Of a DNA stretch of 64,000 bases, positions 10,486 to 21,988 are shown piece after piece. The first letter of the stretch is position 1. Every line of letters starts with the position of its first letter. This DNA comes from an uncultured Spirochaetota bacterium (lineage in GTDB: Bacteria > Spirochaetota > Brevinematia > Brevinematales > JAOACQ01), in assembly GCA_963835575.1 (NCBI GenBank), contig CAWIGG010000002.1, positions 704,001 through 768,000 on the forward strand. Direction: 5' to 3'. The translations under genes and the position numbers were made by a program. The notes under the pieces were generated by a model. The model made no database searches. It had not been told where the DNA came from and worked only from the letters and a program-made list of their open reading frames with translations.

Positions 10486-10659
10486 ATGGCTAAAAATAAA
10501 CCATATGGAGATGGACATCGTGAAGGAGCGGTTAAAGACCGTTCTCAAGTCCATAATCCGAAAACCGACCGATGGGTCGAGCGAGATACTGGATCAGGCA
10601 GATTCATCAATCAAAAGAGCGATGTGAAGCCTTTCAAAGGTGTCAGGAAGGAAAAATAA
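10486..10659 (+). CDS. Small basic conserved hypothetical protein (57 aa), not in ORF track
   Basis: AGGAGGGG RBS; MAKNKPYGDGHREGAVKDRSQVHNPKTDRWVERDTGSGRFINQKSDVKPFKGVRKEK; followed by hairpin. Confidence 0.8.
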   Translation: MAKNKPYGDGHREGAVKDRSQVHNPKTDRWVERDTGSGRFINQKSDVKPFKGVRKEK

Positions 10660-10667
10660 ACTAGTAG

Positions 10668-10691
10668 AACCCGGTTACAAGCCGGGTTTGA
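10668..10691. terminator. Hairpin between convergent genes
   Basis: AACCCGGTT-ACA-AGCCGGGTT. Confidence 0.6.
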
Positions 10692-10696
10692 TTATT

Positions 10697-11836
10697 TTAA
10701 TAATTATTAGTTCTATAATTTATCATTGATACTGCGTTATTGTAATTATATTTATTTATAATGTAATAACCTGGATGTGTTGATGATAATTGTGATTCTG
10801 GATAAGCCTCATTCCAAGTTAAATCATAAATTGTATCTTCCCATTCGGTTACTGCATGATCCGATTCTGAATGATTTCCAATGATGACCAATTCAGGAGA
10901 GATCCCATATGTTAATCTCATTAAAACTATAAAAAGCATAGCATAAGCTTTACAATCACCTTTTTTTGTTAGCATAGTTACATAAGGGTCTTGCCAATAA
11001 CCACTATCCCCATGCAGATATTCTTCTGAAACATAATTTACATATTTTGAATGCATTTCATGTAAAAATTGCACTGGTGTATAGGAAGAATAAAGATAAT
11101 GAGTATAATAATCCATCTGCAAAATTTTATAAGCATCAATTCGGGAAACAGCATTTTGATTATTTTCGTATATTTTATGATTTCTGCTGTTTCTCAATTT
11201 TTGATTTTGATAAGTAATTCTATCTACTTTTGTTTTATTATCTCCAATATGAAGGTTGGCCATTACTATTCCTAATAGGATTCCAATTATACTTCCGATT
11301 AATAATTTTGACCATAATGATGATTTTGGAATATTATTAGTTGCATATTGTTGTTTTGTGATTCGTTTTTCTTTAATAATTTGGTTGATAGCAGGATTTA
11401 ATTTTGTTTCATAATTTAATTGTGTTTCTTCGCTAATATTATTATTTTCAATTTTATCTTGTTCATTTAGTTCAGACAAAATACGTTCCTTCATTAGCAA
11501 TGCTTCAGTGAAATATGGATTAATTTCAATGGCTTTATCAGCTGCGTATAGGGAGCCTTCAATGTCATTAAGAAAACCTAATGAAAGTGCTTTACAAAAC
11601 CAGGCTTCAGCATAGTCGGGTTTCAACTTGATAGCTTTTTCAAAATCATTAATTGATTCTATATATTTATATGTAGTTTGGTATAAAAAACCTCTATAAT
11701 AATATGCTTCTGCAAAATCCGGATTTAAATTTACGGCTTCATTAAAAGCTATTAGAGCATCATCTGTTTGACCAAGTTTAAATAAAGAAACACCTTTATT
11801 AAAGAAATCTTTAGCATTAATATTAATATTTGCCAT
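10697..11836 (-). CDS. TPR + single TM + transglutaminase-like cysteine protease domain protein
   Basis: Three TPR repeats, TM 'LLIGSIIGILLGIVM', triad-like GDCKAYA / DHAV / YDLTW. Confidence 0.7.
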   Translation of the reverse strand: MANININAKDFFNKGVSLFKLGQTDDALIAFNEAVNLNPDFAEAYYYRGFLYQTTYKYIESINDFEKAIKLKPDYAEAWFCKALSLGFLNDIEGSLYAADKAIEINPYFTEALLMKERILSELNEQDKIENNNISEETQLNYETKLNPAINQIIKEKRITKQQYATNNIPKSSLWSKLLIGSIIGILLGIVMANLHIGDNKTKVDRITYQNQKLRNSRNHKIYENNQNAVSRIDAYKILQMDYYTHYLYSSYTPVQFLHEMHSKYVNYVSEEYLHGDSGYWQDPYVTMLTKKGDCKAYAMLFIVLMRLTYGISPELVIIGNHSESDHAVTEWEDTIYDLTWNEAYPESQLSSTHPGYYIINKYNYNNAVSMINYRTNNY

Positions 11837-12060
11837 CGAAAATAATACCCCCTCATTTATTAAGAGTATTATTATTGATCTATATCTTTAAATCCTTATT
11901 TATCATCAAAAACAATACTTACAATCTTATAATCTTTTAATATACTTCTCATATTATCACTGATAAAAGATGAAAATTCTAAATATATTTTTTTTATAAA
12001 CATAATAAAATTTATATTTAAACATTTAAGAAATAAATTACTGTAATAATTCCCTACATG

Positions 12061-13456
12061 GAGTTTTTGTCAAATGTTGTGTATGACATACCCTCTCATT
12101 TTTTTATGCTGCCTTTTTTACAAGCTCTCCGTTCTCAAAAACAGCGCCTTCCAATACAAGGCAAATCTTTTCATAACCTCTTAATTTTCTCCATCGCCTG
12201 GATGCCTTATCCAGTAATTTATAGACCATTATTAGAATCGTTTCCCTGGTTCCGCAGCCTCTCATCTTTTTAGTTCTTAATCGAACTGTAGAGAAGGTAG
12301 ATTCTATTACGTTTGTCGTACGGATATGTACCCAATGTTCCGCCGGACAGTTATAAAATTCGATCATAAGCTCCCAATCTTTTTCTAAACATTCGACAGC
12401 TGCTGGATATTTAGGATTAAAAACCGCCTGGAATAATTCAAAAGCTTTGATAGCATTATCCTTATCAGGAGCATTGCATATCTCATGAAGCATCTCTTTT
12501 GCCTTTGACTGTAATACTTTGGGCAGCTTGTTTAGAATGTTCTTTATCTTATGAACCCAGCATCTCTGCCATCTGGATTCAGGATATACTTCTTTGGCTG
12601 CTTTCCAGAATCCAAGGCTTCCGTCTCCGATAAAAAGAATAGGACCTTTCAAACCTTTTTCTTTTAGGTTTCTTAATATCCCTAACCAAGTCTCGGAATT
12701 CTCTCTGTAACCTTCTTCAACAAGAATAATCTCCTTTTCACCATTCTCATTGGCTCCGATCATTACAAGAGTGCATAAACGGTCTTCGCTGCCCTGTACA
12801 TTGAAGTAAATGCCGTCAACCCATATATAGCAATACTTTTTATCGCTTAAATCGGATGTCCGCCACTCATCATATTCTTTACCCCATCCTTGTTTCATTC
12901 TGCTTATACTTGAGGCTGATAATCCTTTCGCTTCTTCACCAAGCAATCCTCTCAAGGCATTCTCCATATCCATCTCTGAGACTCCATAGAGATACAACAA
13001 TGGAATGGCTTCCTCAATTCTCAGGCTTTTTCTCATATACGGCGGTACTATTAGGCTTTGAAAATTGTCGCCTCCGAGTCGGTTCCTTGTTCTCGGAATA
13101 CATACATCAATAGCCCCTCCACCAATGAGAATCTGACGGGCTTTATGATACCCATTTCTTACTATTGCCTTTCTCCCGTCTTCGATAGTTAAATGCTCTC
13201 TCTCCTGAAGAAACCCATTAATTTCATCTTCCAGAGCCTTCTTGATTATTTCCCTGGCCCCGATCCTTGCCAATTCTTCAAGACATAAAAATTCTACTGT
13301 TTCATCTTGATTAAAAGCCTCTAAGAGCTTAAAATCTTCGTTGTGCTTCGGCATATGGCGTATTCCTCCTTTTGTTTATTGTCGTAAATAAATTATAGAG
13401 GGTACGCCATCTTTTTTATAATATTTATTCCTATACACAACTTTCTATTATAACTC
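12061..13456 (-). mobile_element. IS256-family insertion sequence, copy 2 (1396 bp, inverted)
   Basis: Same IRs as copy 1; flanked by direct repeat CCTACATG (12053-12060 and 13457-13464). Confidence 0.95.
12104..13354 (-). CDS. IS256-family transposase
   Basis: Identical to 8257..9507 except one residue (EKISL vs EKICL). Confidence 0.95.
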   Translation of the reverse strand: MPKHNEDFKLLEAFNQDETVEFLCLEELARIGAREIIKKALEDEINGFLQEREHLTIEDGRKAIVRNGYHKARQILIGGGAIDVCIPRTRNRLGGDNFQSLIVPPYMRKSLRIEEAIPLLYLYGVSEMDMENALRGLLGEEAKGLSASSISRMKQGWGKEYDEWRTSDLSDKKYCYIWVDGIYFNVQGSEDRLCTLVMIGANENGEKEIILVEEGYRENSETWLGILRNLKEKGLKGPILFIGDGSLGFWKAAKEVYPESRWQRCWVHKIKNILNKLPKVLQSKAKEMLHEICNAPDKDNAIKAFELFQAVFNPKYPAAVECLEKDWELMIEFYNCPAEHWVHIRTTNVIESTFSTVRLRTKKMRGCGTRETILIMVYKLLDKASRRWRKLRGYEKICLVLEGAVFENGELVKKAA

Positions 13457-13921
13457 CCTACATGCCAAATTGGATTTTCTTTTGAATTAATATTATTATC
13501 ATAAATATTATTTATTACAAAATATTCGTCCCCGATTTGACCAAGATTTTTATAATGAAATTTATTGGAAATATCTACTTGAATTGAAGTGCCAACTAAT
13601 TGCCAACCTGCCCCATCAGAAACACTGCTGGATTCTAACCTTAAGATTTCTTGATTGGTTTTAGAAAATGATAAACAATATAAAACACAGAAACAAAAAT
13701 TTAATTCGTCTCTATCTATTGCTTTTATTTCAGCTTCTAAATTAGAATTATCTATATATTCGTTAAGCCCTTTCAAAATATTAATAAAATTATCACCAAA
13801 AAATCTTAAAACTTCGTTTGCTTCTATTTTCCTTTTAAAAATATTTAACATATAACCCTCTTTAAAAAAATGAGTTAAACTAATATTTCCAATTTGACGC
13901 CTTGTTCTCCCGAAAAAATGC

Positions 13922-14434
13922 TTAAAATTCACTCCAAGATGGCTTTCTAAGGTTTTCTATTTTATTATCAACTTTTAATCTTAAATCATTTAATCTACCA
14001 TTAATATCAGATATACATTTTCTCAAAATATCAAAGGCATTTCCTACGGTTTCTTTATCATTTTGATTTTTCTCATAATCCTTATACAATATGTCAAGCA
14101 TACCATTTGTATGAACAATTTCACGATAAGTATCAGATAGTGATTCAATAAAATTAATATCACTTTCAAACTCTGTTATTCTCAATCGGGCATTTTCAAG
14201 ATAGTCATGGTTTAATCTTAAAGTACAAGTTAGATTAGATTTTAGCACATCTTTTATACTATTTGAAACCTTCATCAAATGGTTTATTTCAGCTTTGATT
14301 CCATTAAACCAAGCTTTGGAATCGTTATATATTTTAACTTTATTTCTGTGGCCTTCAATCCAAATATTTATTAAAAATGCAGAAAGAAATGCAGAAAGAA
14401 ACCCAAAAAGAAATCCTAAAAATGTATTTAACAT
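13922..14434 (-). CDS. Hypothetical protein with N-terminal membrane anchor
   Basis: Likely ATG at 14434 with GAGGGA RBS; N-terminal hydrophobic helix then helical domain; AT-rich. Confidence 0.6.
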   Translation of the reverse strand: MLNTFLGFLFGFLSAFLSAFLINIWIEGHRNKVKIYNDSKAWFNGIKAEINHLMKVSNSIKDVLKSNLTCTLRLNHDYLENARLRITEFESDINFIESLSDTYREIVHTNGMLDILYKDYEKNQNDKETVGNAFDILRKCISDINGRLNDLRLKVDNKIENLRKPSWSEF

Positions 14435-14543
14435 AATTCCCTCAACAAATAAAATATTTAACCCCTTGGCATTGAAGCCATAAAAGGAAACCCAGATAAA
14501 AATAATTGACTGATAGAAAAAATTATAATCCCTATCGGAAGAT

Positions 14544-14572
14544 ATTTTACCCCGCGGCGGGAAAAAGGGCAA
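14544..14572 (-). promoter_or_regulatory. Sigma70-like promoter TTGCCC-N17-TAAAAT
   Basis: 17-bp spacing; points into the AT-rich islet; related to 10237-10265. Confidence 0.5.
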
Positions 14573-14687
14573 AAATCAGCCTGGTTTTCCCGACGGAGAA
14601 CCCGCCTCCGGCTGATTAAGCGGCGGCAGTGTTTTTGCAGATGAGTCAATGACGATATTGCCAAAAAGCTTGTTGAAAAATGAAAGT

Positions 14688-15656
14688 CTATGCTACCGGT
14701 AATACCCGGATTTTGTCGTCCAGCTTTTCATTCAGGTAGTTCTGTATCGCGTAGAGAGTGCCGGTCGTACTGGCCGGACAGCCCCTGCAGGCGCCCATAT
14801 AATTAATATAAATATCCGTAAAGCCCTCATTATCCTTGATATCGACAACTTCAAGGCTTCCGCCGTCCGCCGCCAGCATAGGCTTTATTTCATTTTCCAG
14901 AACTTTTTCTATCGCTTTCAATTTCTGGACAACGCCCATACCTTTGAAATCCCTGGTGTTCAAAGTCTCATGTACCTGTTCTTTTTCCATTTGTGCCCTC
15001 ACTTCTTTTAAAATATCGACAAGGTAGTATTTCCTCATTTCATGACCGCCCGGGCGGACGCAAGATTTACAGAAACCCCCTGCCTTTGTATATTGCGTTA
15101 TTTCTTCCACGCTTCTCAGGTTATTAATTCTTATCACGTCTTTTATAGTGCCGAGCGAAACCCTCGCGCATTCGCAGACAATTTCCTCATATTCAAAAGA
15201 GGCCATGTCGACGCCTTTGTAAATCGACGCGGCTTTCTTGATGACATCATAGGCCATGACGCTGCAGTGCATTTTTTGCGGCGGTATGGAAGGTGTGTTG
15301 TCATCGTCCCGCATCGATCTCTCAACATCCAGATTGGTGATCTTAAGCACTTCGTCCACGGTTTTGCCGATGCAGAGTTCCGCCATTGTGTCGCTTGAGG
15401 CGATTGCCGTGCCGCAGCCGAAACTTTTGAATTTTGAATCAAGTATAACATTGCTCTTCGGGTCGACCAGCCAGAATAAGCGGACGGCATCTCCGCAGGC
15501 TTCGGCCCCCCAATCGGCAACGATCAGCTTCGCGCCTTTCGCTTTCGCTTCTTCTTCAGATATCTCGCCTCTATGGACTGGATTATTCATTTTTTCGCTG
15601 ACTTTATTGGAATATTGCTCCCAGAGAGCCCCGCCGATCAAATCGTTTTTTGCCAT
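14688..15656 (-). CDS. nifU: Fe-S cluster assembly scaffold NifU
   Basis: IscU domain (ACGD, FGCGTAIASS, KMHCSVM), BFD-like CEC...C..C, Nfu C-terminus (GACRGC). Confidence 0.92.
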   Translation of the reverse strand: MAKNDLIGGALWEQYSNKVSEKMNNPVHRGEISEEEAKAKGAKLIVADWGAEACGDAVRLFWLVDPKSNVILDSKFKSFGCGTAIASSDTMAELCIGKTVDEVLKITNLDVERSMRDDDNTPSIPPQKMHCSVMAYDVIKKAASIYKGVDMASFEYEEIVCECARVSLGTIKDVIRINNLRSVEEITQYTKAGGFCKSCVRPGGHEMRKYYLVDILKEVRAQMEKEQVHETLNTRDFKGMGVVQKLKAIEKVLENEIKPMLAADGGSLEVVDIKDNEGFTDIYINYMGACRGCPASTTGTLYAIQNYLNEKLDDKIRVLPVA

Positions 15657-15679
15657 CTATTATATCCTATAATAATATT

Positions 15680-16846
<1,167 letters not shown>

Positions 16847-17014
16847 TTATTTTTCTCTCAATACATAAATTTAAATAAAAAACTAAAATTAGTCAACATT
16901 ATCCCTTGTAAAATAAGCGGATTTTATCATTTTTCCTGATTTCGGCGGCGGCACTGGACCGCAGATTATTTTGAGTTTGTGATTAATAAAAAATATTTCT
17001 TTTTTTTAGATTTT

Positions 17015-19258
17015 TCAATCGGTTTTCCCATAAATATTTTCATAGAAATAGCGCGTCTGGATGATTTTCTTTACATATTCCCTTGTTTCATCATATTCGA
17101 TGAATTCAACCCAGAGCTCATTTTCATAGGGATATTTTCTTTTCCAGCGGTTTACCATAGTCTCGCCGGCATTATATGCGGCCAATGAAAACAGATAATT
17201 ATGATGATATTTTTTCAATAAATAGGCCAGGTGCGTTATGCCGATTTCCAGGTTGTCCTGAAAATCATAATAGTTGTAATCTTCCTTTTTCATGTTCTTT
17301 TTAAGGACCGCGGCGGTAGCGGGCATCAGCTGGGTCAGACCGACAGCGCCTGCGGATGACAGGGCATTTTTATTAAAATGGCTTTCTTCCCGGAATGCGG
17401 ACAGAATCCAGAAAGAATCATTGGTATTTGAGACAAGGGAAAAAATATTATTGAATAAATTGTCCGGATAGAGTGTTTTTCTCAGTTTATCATCCAGCAA
17501 AGGATGATACTCCCTTCCTCCGGATAACTTTGTGATATAATTATTCAAACGGGCGACAACAAGGCCGTCCAGCTTGAGAACCCGGTAGAAATCCTGATAT
17601 TGGTATGATGCCTTATAGCGGGTTAGCGGATTATTACAGATTTTTTCAAGATAATTCAATATTTCCAGATTATGGGCCATAATATAGCTGTTGCTTAAGG
17701 ACAGCCATTCAGGAGGAAGTGATGGCACGCTGCTGTTTATCGACAAAGTATTGGTAATACCGGTTTGAAATTCGGCTAAAAGATTTGTAACGTTAAGCAG
17801 ATCATTCCATTCCTTATATTTTCCGGGGTCAATATCACGCAAAGCGATCAAAGAATTGAGCTTATCTTTAAGGGAAAAACGGGATATATTGCTGATAAAA
17901 CCATTCATTTCCTGTTCATAGAGACTGATAAAATTTGTCCGCATGCTTTTTTCATATTCTTTAGATATGATCCATTCGTAGGTAAAGGGCTTATAGAGAC
18001 TGACCCTGAGAAATTTTGAGTAGGCGGATTTTAATTTGTTTTCATTCAGATCAAACAGCGCGGAAATGGTAAGAAAATATCCGTCAGGATCGTCTTTTTT
18101 AAGCGCTTTTGACAGCATGGCCGGGGCATATTTTGATTTACTCTGCAGGAAAAACCGGTAGATATATTTTTCATAATCAGGATCAAGAGCTTTCTTTTTA
18201 GCATACCAGTTATAGAGTTCATCAAATTTATTCAATTTGGTCAATACTTTAATCCAATCATCCTGAAAGATATTACTGTATTTGTTATAAATCAATTTCA
18301 GGATTTGATAGGCTTTTTCATAGTGACCGTTTTGATAGAGTGTATTTAAAAAATATTGTATGGTATTAATGGAGCATTTGCCATGTTTTAAAAAGGCATT
18401 AAAAATTTCAAAAGCTTTTTGAGCATCTCCTTCCTTATATGCGAGGATGGTTTTATTCCGTACAAAAAAATCATCTTCGTTTGATAACTTGGCATATCTG
18501 TTTAATAAGTAAAGCTTTATTTCGGCATTATTTATTTTATTAAATGAAGAGTAGGCGGGAGGTATTTGCGGCGTGCCGAGAGCATCCAGATCGCTTTGTT
18601 CTATTAAATTGGTGATGTCGTTAAACAGAATATGAAAATCCCTTTCTCCGTTAAAATTGATCAGGACGGGAAAAAAGCTTTTATTCCCAAGGGCAAAAAA
18701 CGAAAAAGCCTTGTACATGGCGGAAGTCGTGTTTGATAAAGTCATGTTCGTAATAACGACAAAGTCTTTATTTTTCCATTCATAAAGCAGATAGGTTTTT
18801 AAAACATCCTCATAGTAGATTGAATTGTCTTTTAACAGATGAAACAGGGTGGGAATGATCTTTAAGTTATTTGTTGAACTGTTTAATGGTGATTTTAAAT
18901 AGCATTGATAGAGTAATGATGAATAATAGTAAGCGTAATTTTCGCAGTAAAAATCTGAATAAACATCTCTTTTTAAATCGTTTATATTGACCTGATTGAA
19001 AGCGGCCGCGGCATTATCCTGTTCTTTTAATTCCTGATAATCACGGCCCATAAGATAGTATTCCAGGGCGTTTTTAATCCATTTCGCTTTTAATATGGAA
19101 GCAGAATGCCTGTAGCTGCCTTCCTGATAAAATTTAAGGGCCTCACCATCAATCATGGAATAAGCATGGCCGGTAAAAAGAATAAAGATGCCTGATAATG
19201 ATATAAAGATAATTAACCTGGATAGTAAAAATTGACGCGATTTTATTTTAATACTCAT
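17015..19258 (-). CDS. Soluble lytic transglycosylase (helical N-terminus + SLT domain)
   Basis: REESHF, GAVGLTQLMPATA, AAYNAG, ETREYVKK. Confidence 0.85.
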   Translation of the reverse strand: MSIKIKSRQFLLSRLIIFISLSGIFILFTGHAYSMIDGEALKFYQEGSYRHSASILKAKWIKNALEYYLMGRDYQELKEQDNAAAAFNQVNINDLKRDVYSDFYCENYAYYYSSLLYQCYLKSPLNSSTNNLKIIPTLFHLLKDNSIYYEDVLKTYLLYEWKNKDFVVITNMTLSNTTSAMYKAFSFFALGNKSFFPVLINFNGERDFHILFNDITNLIEQSDLDALGTPQIPPAYSSFNKINNAEIKLYLLNRYAKLSNEDDFFVRNKTILAYKEGDAQKAFEIFNAFLKHGKCSINTIQYFLNTLYQNGHYEKAYQILKLIYNKYSNIFQDDWIKVLTKLNKFDELYNWYAKKKALDPDYEKYIYRFFLQSKSKYAPAMLSKALKKDDPDGYFLTISALFDLNENKLKSAYSKFLRVSLYKPFTYEWIISKEYEKSMRTNFISLYEQEMNGFISNISRFSLKDKLNSLIALRDIDPGKYKEWNDLLNVTNLLAEFQTGITNTLSINSSVPSLPPEWLSLSNSYIMAHNLEILNYLEKICNNPLTRYKASYQYQDFYRVLKLDGLVVARLNNYITKLSGGREYHPLLDDKLRKTLYPDNLFNNIFSLVSNTNDSFWILSAFREESHFNKNALSSAGAVGLTQLMPATAAVLKKNMKKEDYNYYDFQDNLEIGITHLAYLLKKYHHNYLFSLAAYNAGETMVNRWKRKYPYENELWVEFIEYDETREYVKKIIQTRYFYENIYGKTD

Positions 19259-19285
19259 AGATGAAAAAATGGAACTCCATGAAAT

Positions 19286-21052
19286 TCAATCTTTTACGAG
19301 AAGAAGGTCCAGATAACCCTTTTCTATATTGACTTTTTTAACTTGAATTTTAATATCGTCTCCAAGAGTGTATCTCTTTTTGGTTCTTTTGCCGACAGCG
19401 CAATAATTGGCCTCATCATAAATATAATAATCGTCATCCATATCCTGGTATCTGATCAGTCCTTCAACGCCGTATTTCCTGATCTGGGCGAAAATACCGA
19501 AAGATGAAACGCCTGTGATCAACCCGTCGAATATTTTATTGACCCTGCCTTCCATAAACCGGATGGATTTGATTTTATAAAAATCACGTTCGGCTTCCAT
19601 GGCGACCCTCTCCATGGTGGAAATATGACTTGCTATTTTATTCAGCTCCTCTTCAGGATAAAGGGCCTGGTCTGTTTTCTTCTGCAGAATATGCTTGATC
19701 AGGCGGTGGACGATCAAATCGGCATAACGCCGGATCGGCGATGTAAAATGCGTGTAGAATTCAAAGCCGAGCCCGAAATGGCCTATATTGTCCGTATCAT
19801 ATTTAGCCTGCTGCATCGTGCGGAGAAGAAGCTGATTGACCAGTTCCTTATGCGGCTTGTCTTTTACTTCCAGAAGGATCCTCTGCAGTTCCTTGGGCGA
19901 GGGCACGGGAACCCCGTAAATTTTATGCCCGAATTTTAATGCCAGCCTGACAAAATCCTGCATTTTTTCAGCGGTCGGCTCGCCGTGGATGCGATAGAGT
20001 GAAATCCCCTTTTCGGCCAGGAATTTCGCTATCATTTGATTGGCGATCAGCATAAACTCTTCGATCAGCCGCTCTGAATCCTGCCGCTCTTTAAGCCAGA
20101 ATTTGAGAGGCTCGTCGTTATCATCAAGAACGCATTTCTGTTCTTTAAAATCAAAATCTATAGCTCCTTCGCGGATCCTTTTTTCATAAAGAATTTTAAA
20201 CAGGGTCTTCATTTCGCTCAGGCTTTTTTCCAGGTCAATAGAAGGATAGGATTCGATCCCGTCCAGATAAGCCTGGACTTTATCATAAGTCAGGCGGTAC
20301 CTGGTATGGATGATTGAATTATGTATGGTATAATTTTCCACAGCGCCGTTCTTATTAATCTGCATAAATATACTGAGAGTGAGGCGGTCTTCCTGCGGAT
20401 TAAGACTGCAGATGCCGTTTGAAAGGATTTTAGGGAACATGGGAACAACTTTGTTGATAAAATAAAAGCTGTTTGCGCGTTTTAATGCTTCCTTATCAAG
20501 ATGGTCACCCTTGGGGACATAATGCGACACATCGGCAATGTGAACCCCGAGTTTCCAGCCATTCTGATTTTTTTCTATTGAAACGGCGTCATCCAGGTCT
20601 TTGGCGTCAGCCCCGTCAATAGTGAATATAAGGTCTTTCCTCAGGTCCAGCCTTTTTTTTACTTCATGCTCGGGAATTGTAATATTAATGCTTTCCGCTT
20701 CACGCATTGCCGAAGGCGGAAAATCCTTCCGGATATGGTATTTTTCAATAATTGAATCAAAATCCTGAACCGCTTCCTTCTTTTTTTTCTTTATGCTGAA
20801 ATTATTGAGGTCCCATTTCTTTTCAGTTATTTGAGGCTGTACAGGTTTTGATTTAGGGGGTTCTTTTTTAATAATACTGTATTTTTTTGTGTTCTGATCA
20901 AACCTGATTATCTTTTCTTTCAGATATTCTGTCAGAATCCTGTACAGCCTTTTCTGAGAGTTTTTAGCCGTACATTCGAAAAACGAATATAAATCCGCCA
21001 AATTTACCTGCTGAAGCTTTTCAATCTGATCAAGTACTTCCTGTCGTGTCAA
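19286..21052 (-). CDS. rnr: Ribonuclease R (RNB + S1)
   Basis: TIDGADAKDLDDA, VHIADV, YTHFTSPIRRYADL, C-terminal S1 domain. Confidence 0.88.
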   Translation of the reverse strand: MTRQEVLDQIEKLQQVNLADLYSFFECTAKNSQKRLYRILTEYLKEKIIRFDQNTKKYSIIKKEPPKSKPVQPQITEKKWDLNNFSIKKKKKEAVQDFDSIIEKYHIRKDFPPSAMREAESINITIPEHEVKKRLDLRKDLIFTIDGADAKDLDDAVSIEKNQNGWKLGVHIADVSHYVPKGDHLDKEALKRANSFYFINKVVPMFPKILSNGICSLNPQEDRLTLSIFMQINKNGAVENYTIHNSIIHTRYRLTYDKVQAYLDGIESYPSIDLEKSLSEMKTLFKILYEKRIREGAIDFDFKEQKCVLDDNDEPLKFWLKERQDSERLIEEFMLIANQMIAKFLAEKGISLYRIHGEPTAEKMQDFVRLALKFGHKIYGVPVPSPKELQRILLEVKDKPHKELVNQLLLRTMQQAKYDTDNIGHFGLGFEFYTHFTSPIRRYADLIVHRLIKHILQKKTDQALYPEEELNKIASHISTMERVAMEAERDFYKIKSIRFMEGRVNKIFDGLITGVSSFGIFAQIRKYGVEGLIRYQDMDDDYYIYDEANYCAVGKRTKKRYTLGDDIKIQVKKVNIEKGYLDLLLVKD

Positions 21053-21261
21053 CTTGTTTCTCCGTATAAAATATTAATCACTTTTAGAGAGGGACGTATC
21101 TGCCTGTCTTTTAAAAAAGAGGCGTTATTCCTTCTTTAAAACATATCTTCTTTAAAGTATAATACAAAACTGCAAAATAGGAAAGAAACTGAAAACCCTG
21201 CATTGAATCGTCTTAATAGAGAGATTATTTTAGAAAAAGCTTATTAATATGTCAGGATCAG

Positions 21262-21957
21262 CTATTTCCGCCTTCCTGTAATTCTGAGAAGCATGAGGAA
21301 CAGATTGATAAAATCGAGATAGAGCGTCAGGGCGCCCATGATCGCTTCTTTTTTATCCTCTTCTGTTCCTTCATTCCCAATAATATTCAGGTTTTTTATT
21401 CTCTGCGCGTCATAAGCTGTCAGGCCGACAAAAATAAATACGCCGACTATTGTTGTAATCCAGTACAGGATTTTATTAAAAAAGAAATAATTGATCACAG
21501 AAGCGGCAATAAGACCGATGAGGCCCATAAAGGCAATGCTTCCGATGCCGGTCAGGTCTGTTTTGGTAAATAAACCGTAAATACTCATGGCGCCGAAAAT
21601 ACCGGCTGTGATGAAAAAAGTCGAAGCGATGGATTCATGCGTATAAATAAGGAATATCATGGAAAAAGTAAGACCGTTCAGGACAGAATAGAGAAGAAAA
21701 AGAAATATAGCCAGGGTTGAGTTTATTTTTTTAATGAGATAGGCAAGCATAACGACCAATAAAAACTCACCGATGATAATTCCCCAGAATAAAAACGGGT
21801 TTCCGGCAATAGCTTTTATCATTATTGGATTTTGATAAGTCAGATAAGCTGTAAGCCCTGTAATGCCCAGAGCAAAGGTCATCCAGGCAAATACTTTGGT
21901 CATAAAAGATCTCTGTTCCAGTTCTTCTTTTGATAATGCGGCGGTAGATACAGCCAT
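21262..21957 (-). CDS. Bax inhibitor-1 / YccA family membrane protein
   Basis: 7 TM; GLTAYDAQRIK, GALTLYLDFINLF. Confidence 0.9.
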   Translation of the reverse strand: MAVSTAALSKEELEQRSFMTKVFAWMTFALGITGLTAYLTYQNPIMIKAIAGNPFLFWGIIIGEFLLVVMLAYLIKKINSTLAIFLFLLYSVLNGLTFSMIFLIYTHESIASTFFITAGIFGAMSIYGLFTKTDLTGIGSIAFMGLIGLIAASVINYFFFNKILYWITTIVGVFIFVGLTAYDAQRIKNLNIIGNEGTEEDKKEAIMGALTLYLDFINLFLMLLRITGRRK

Positions 21958-21988
21958 GAATACCTCCTTGTTATAATGAATAAGAAAT

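Larger units (their letters stand above)
11896..13851 (-). pseudogene. AT-rich hypothetical gene (about 183 aa) split by IS256 copy 2
   Basis: ATG at 13851 with GAGGG RBS; ...NPIW|HVG continues in frame from 12060 (HVGNYYSNLF...VFDDK*) to TAA at 11896. Confidence 0.8.

Noticed and set aside
8155..13456. Composite transposon formed by the two IS256 copies
   Set aside because: Each copy has its own target-site duplication and the outer flanks do not match, so these are independent insertions
10430..14530. Integron cassette array
   Set aside because: No integrase and no recognisable attC sites between the AT-rich genes
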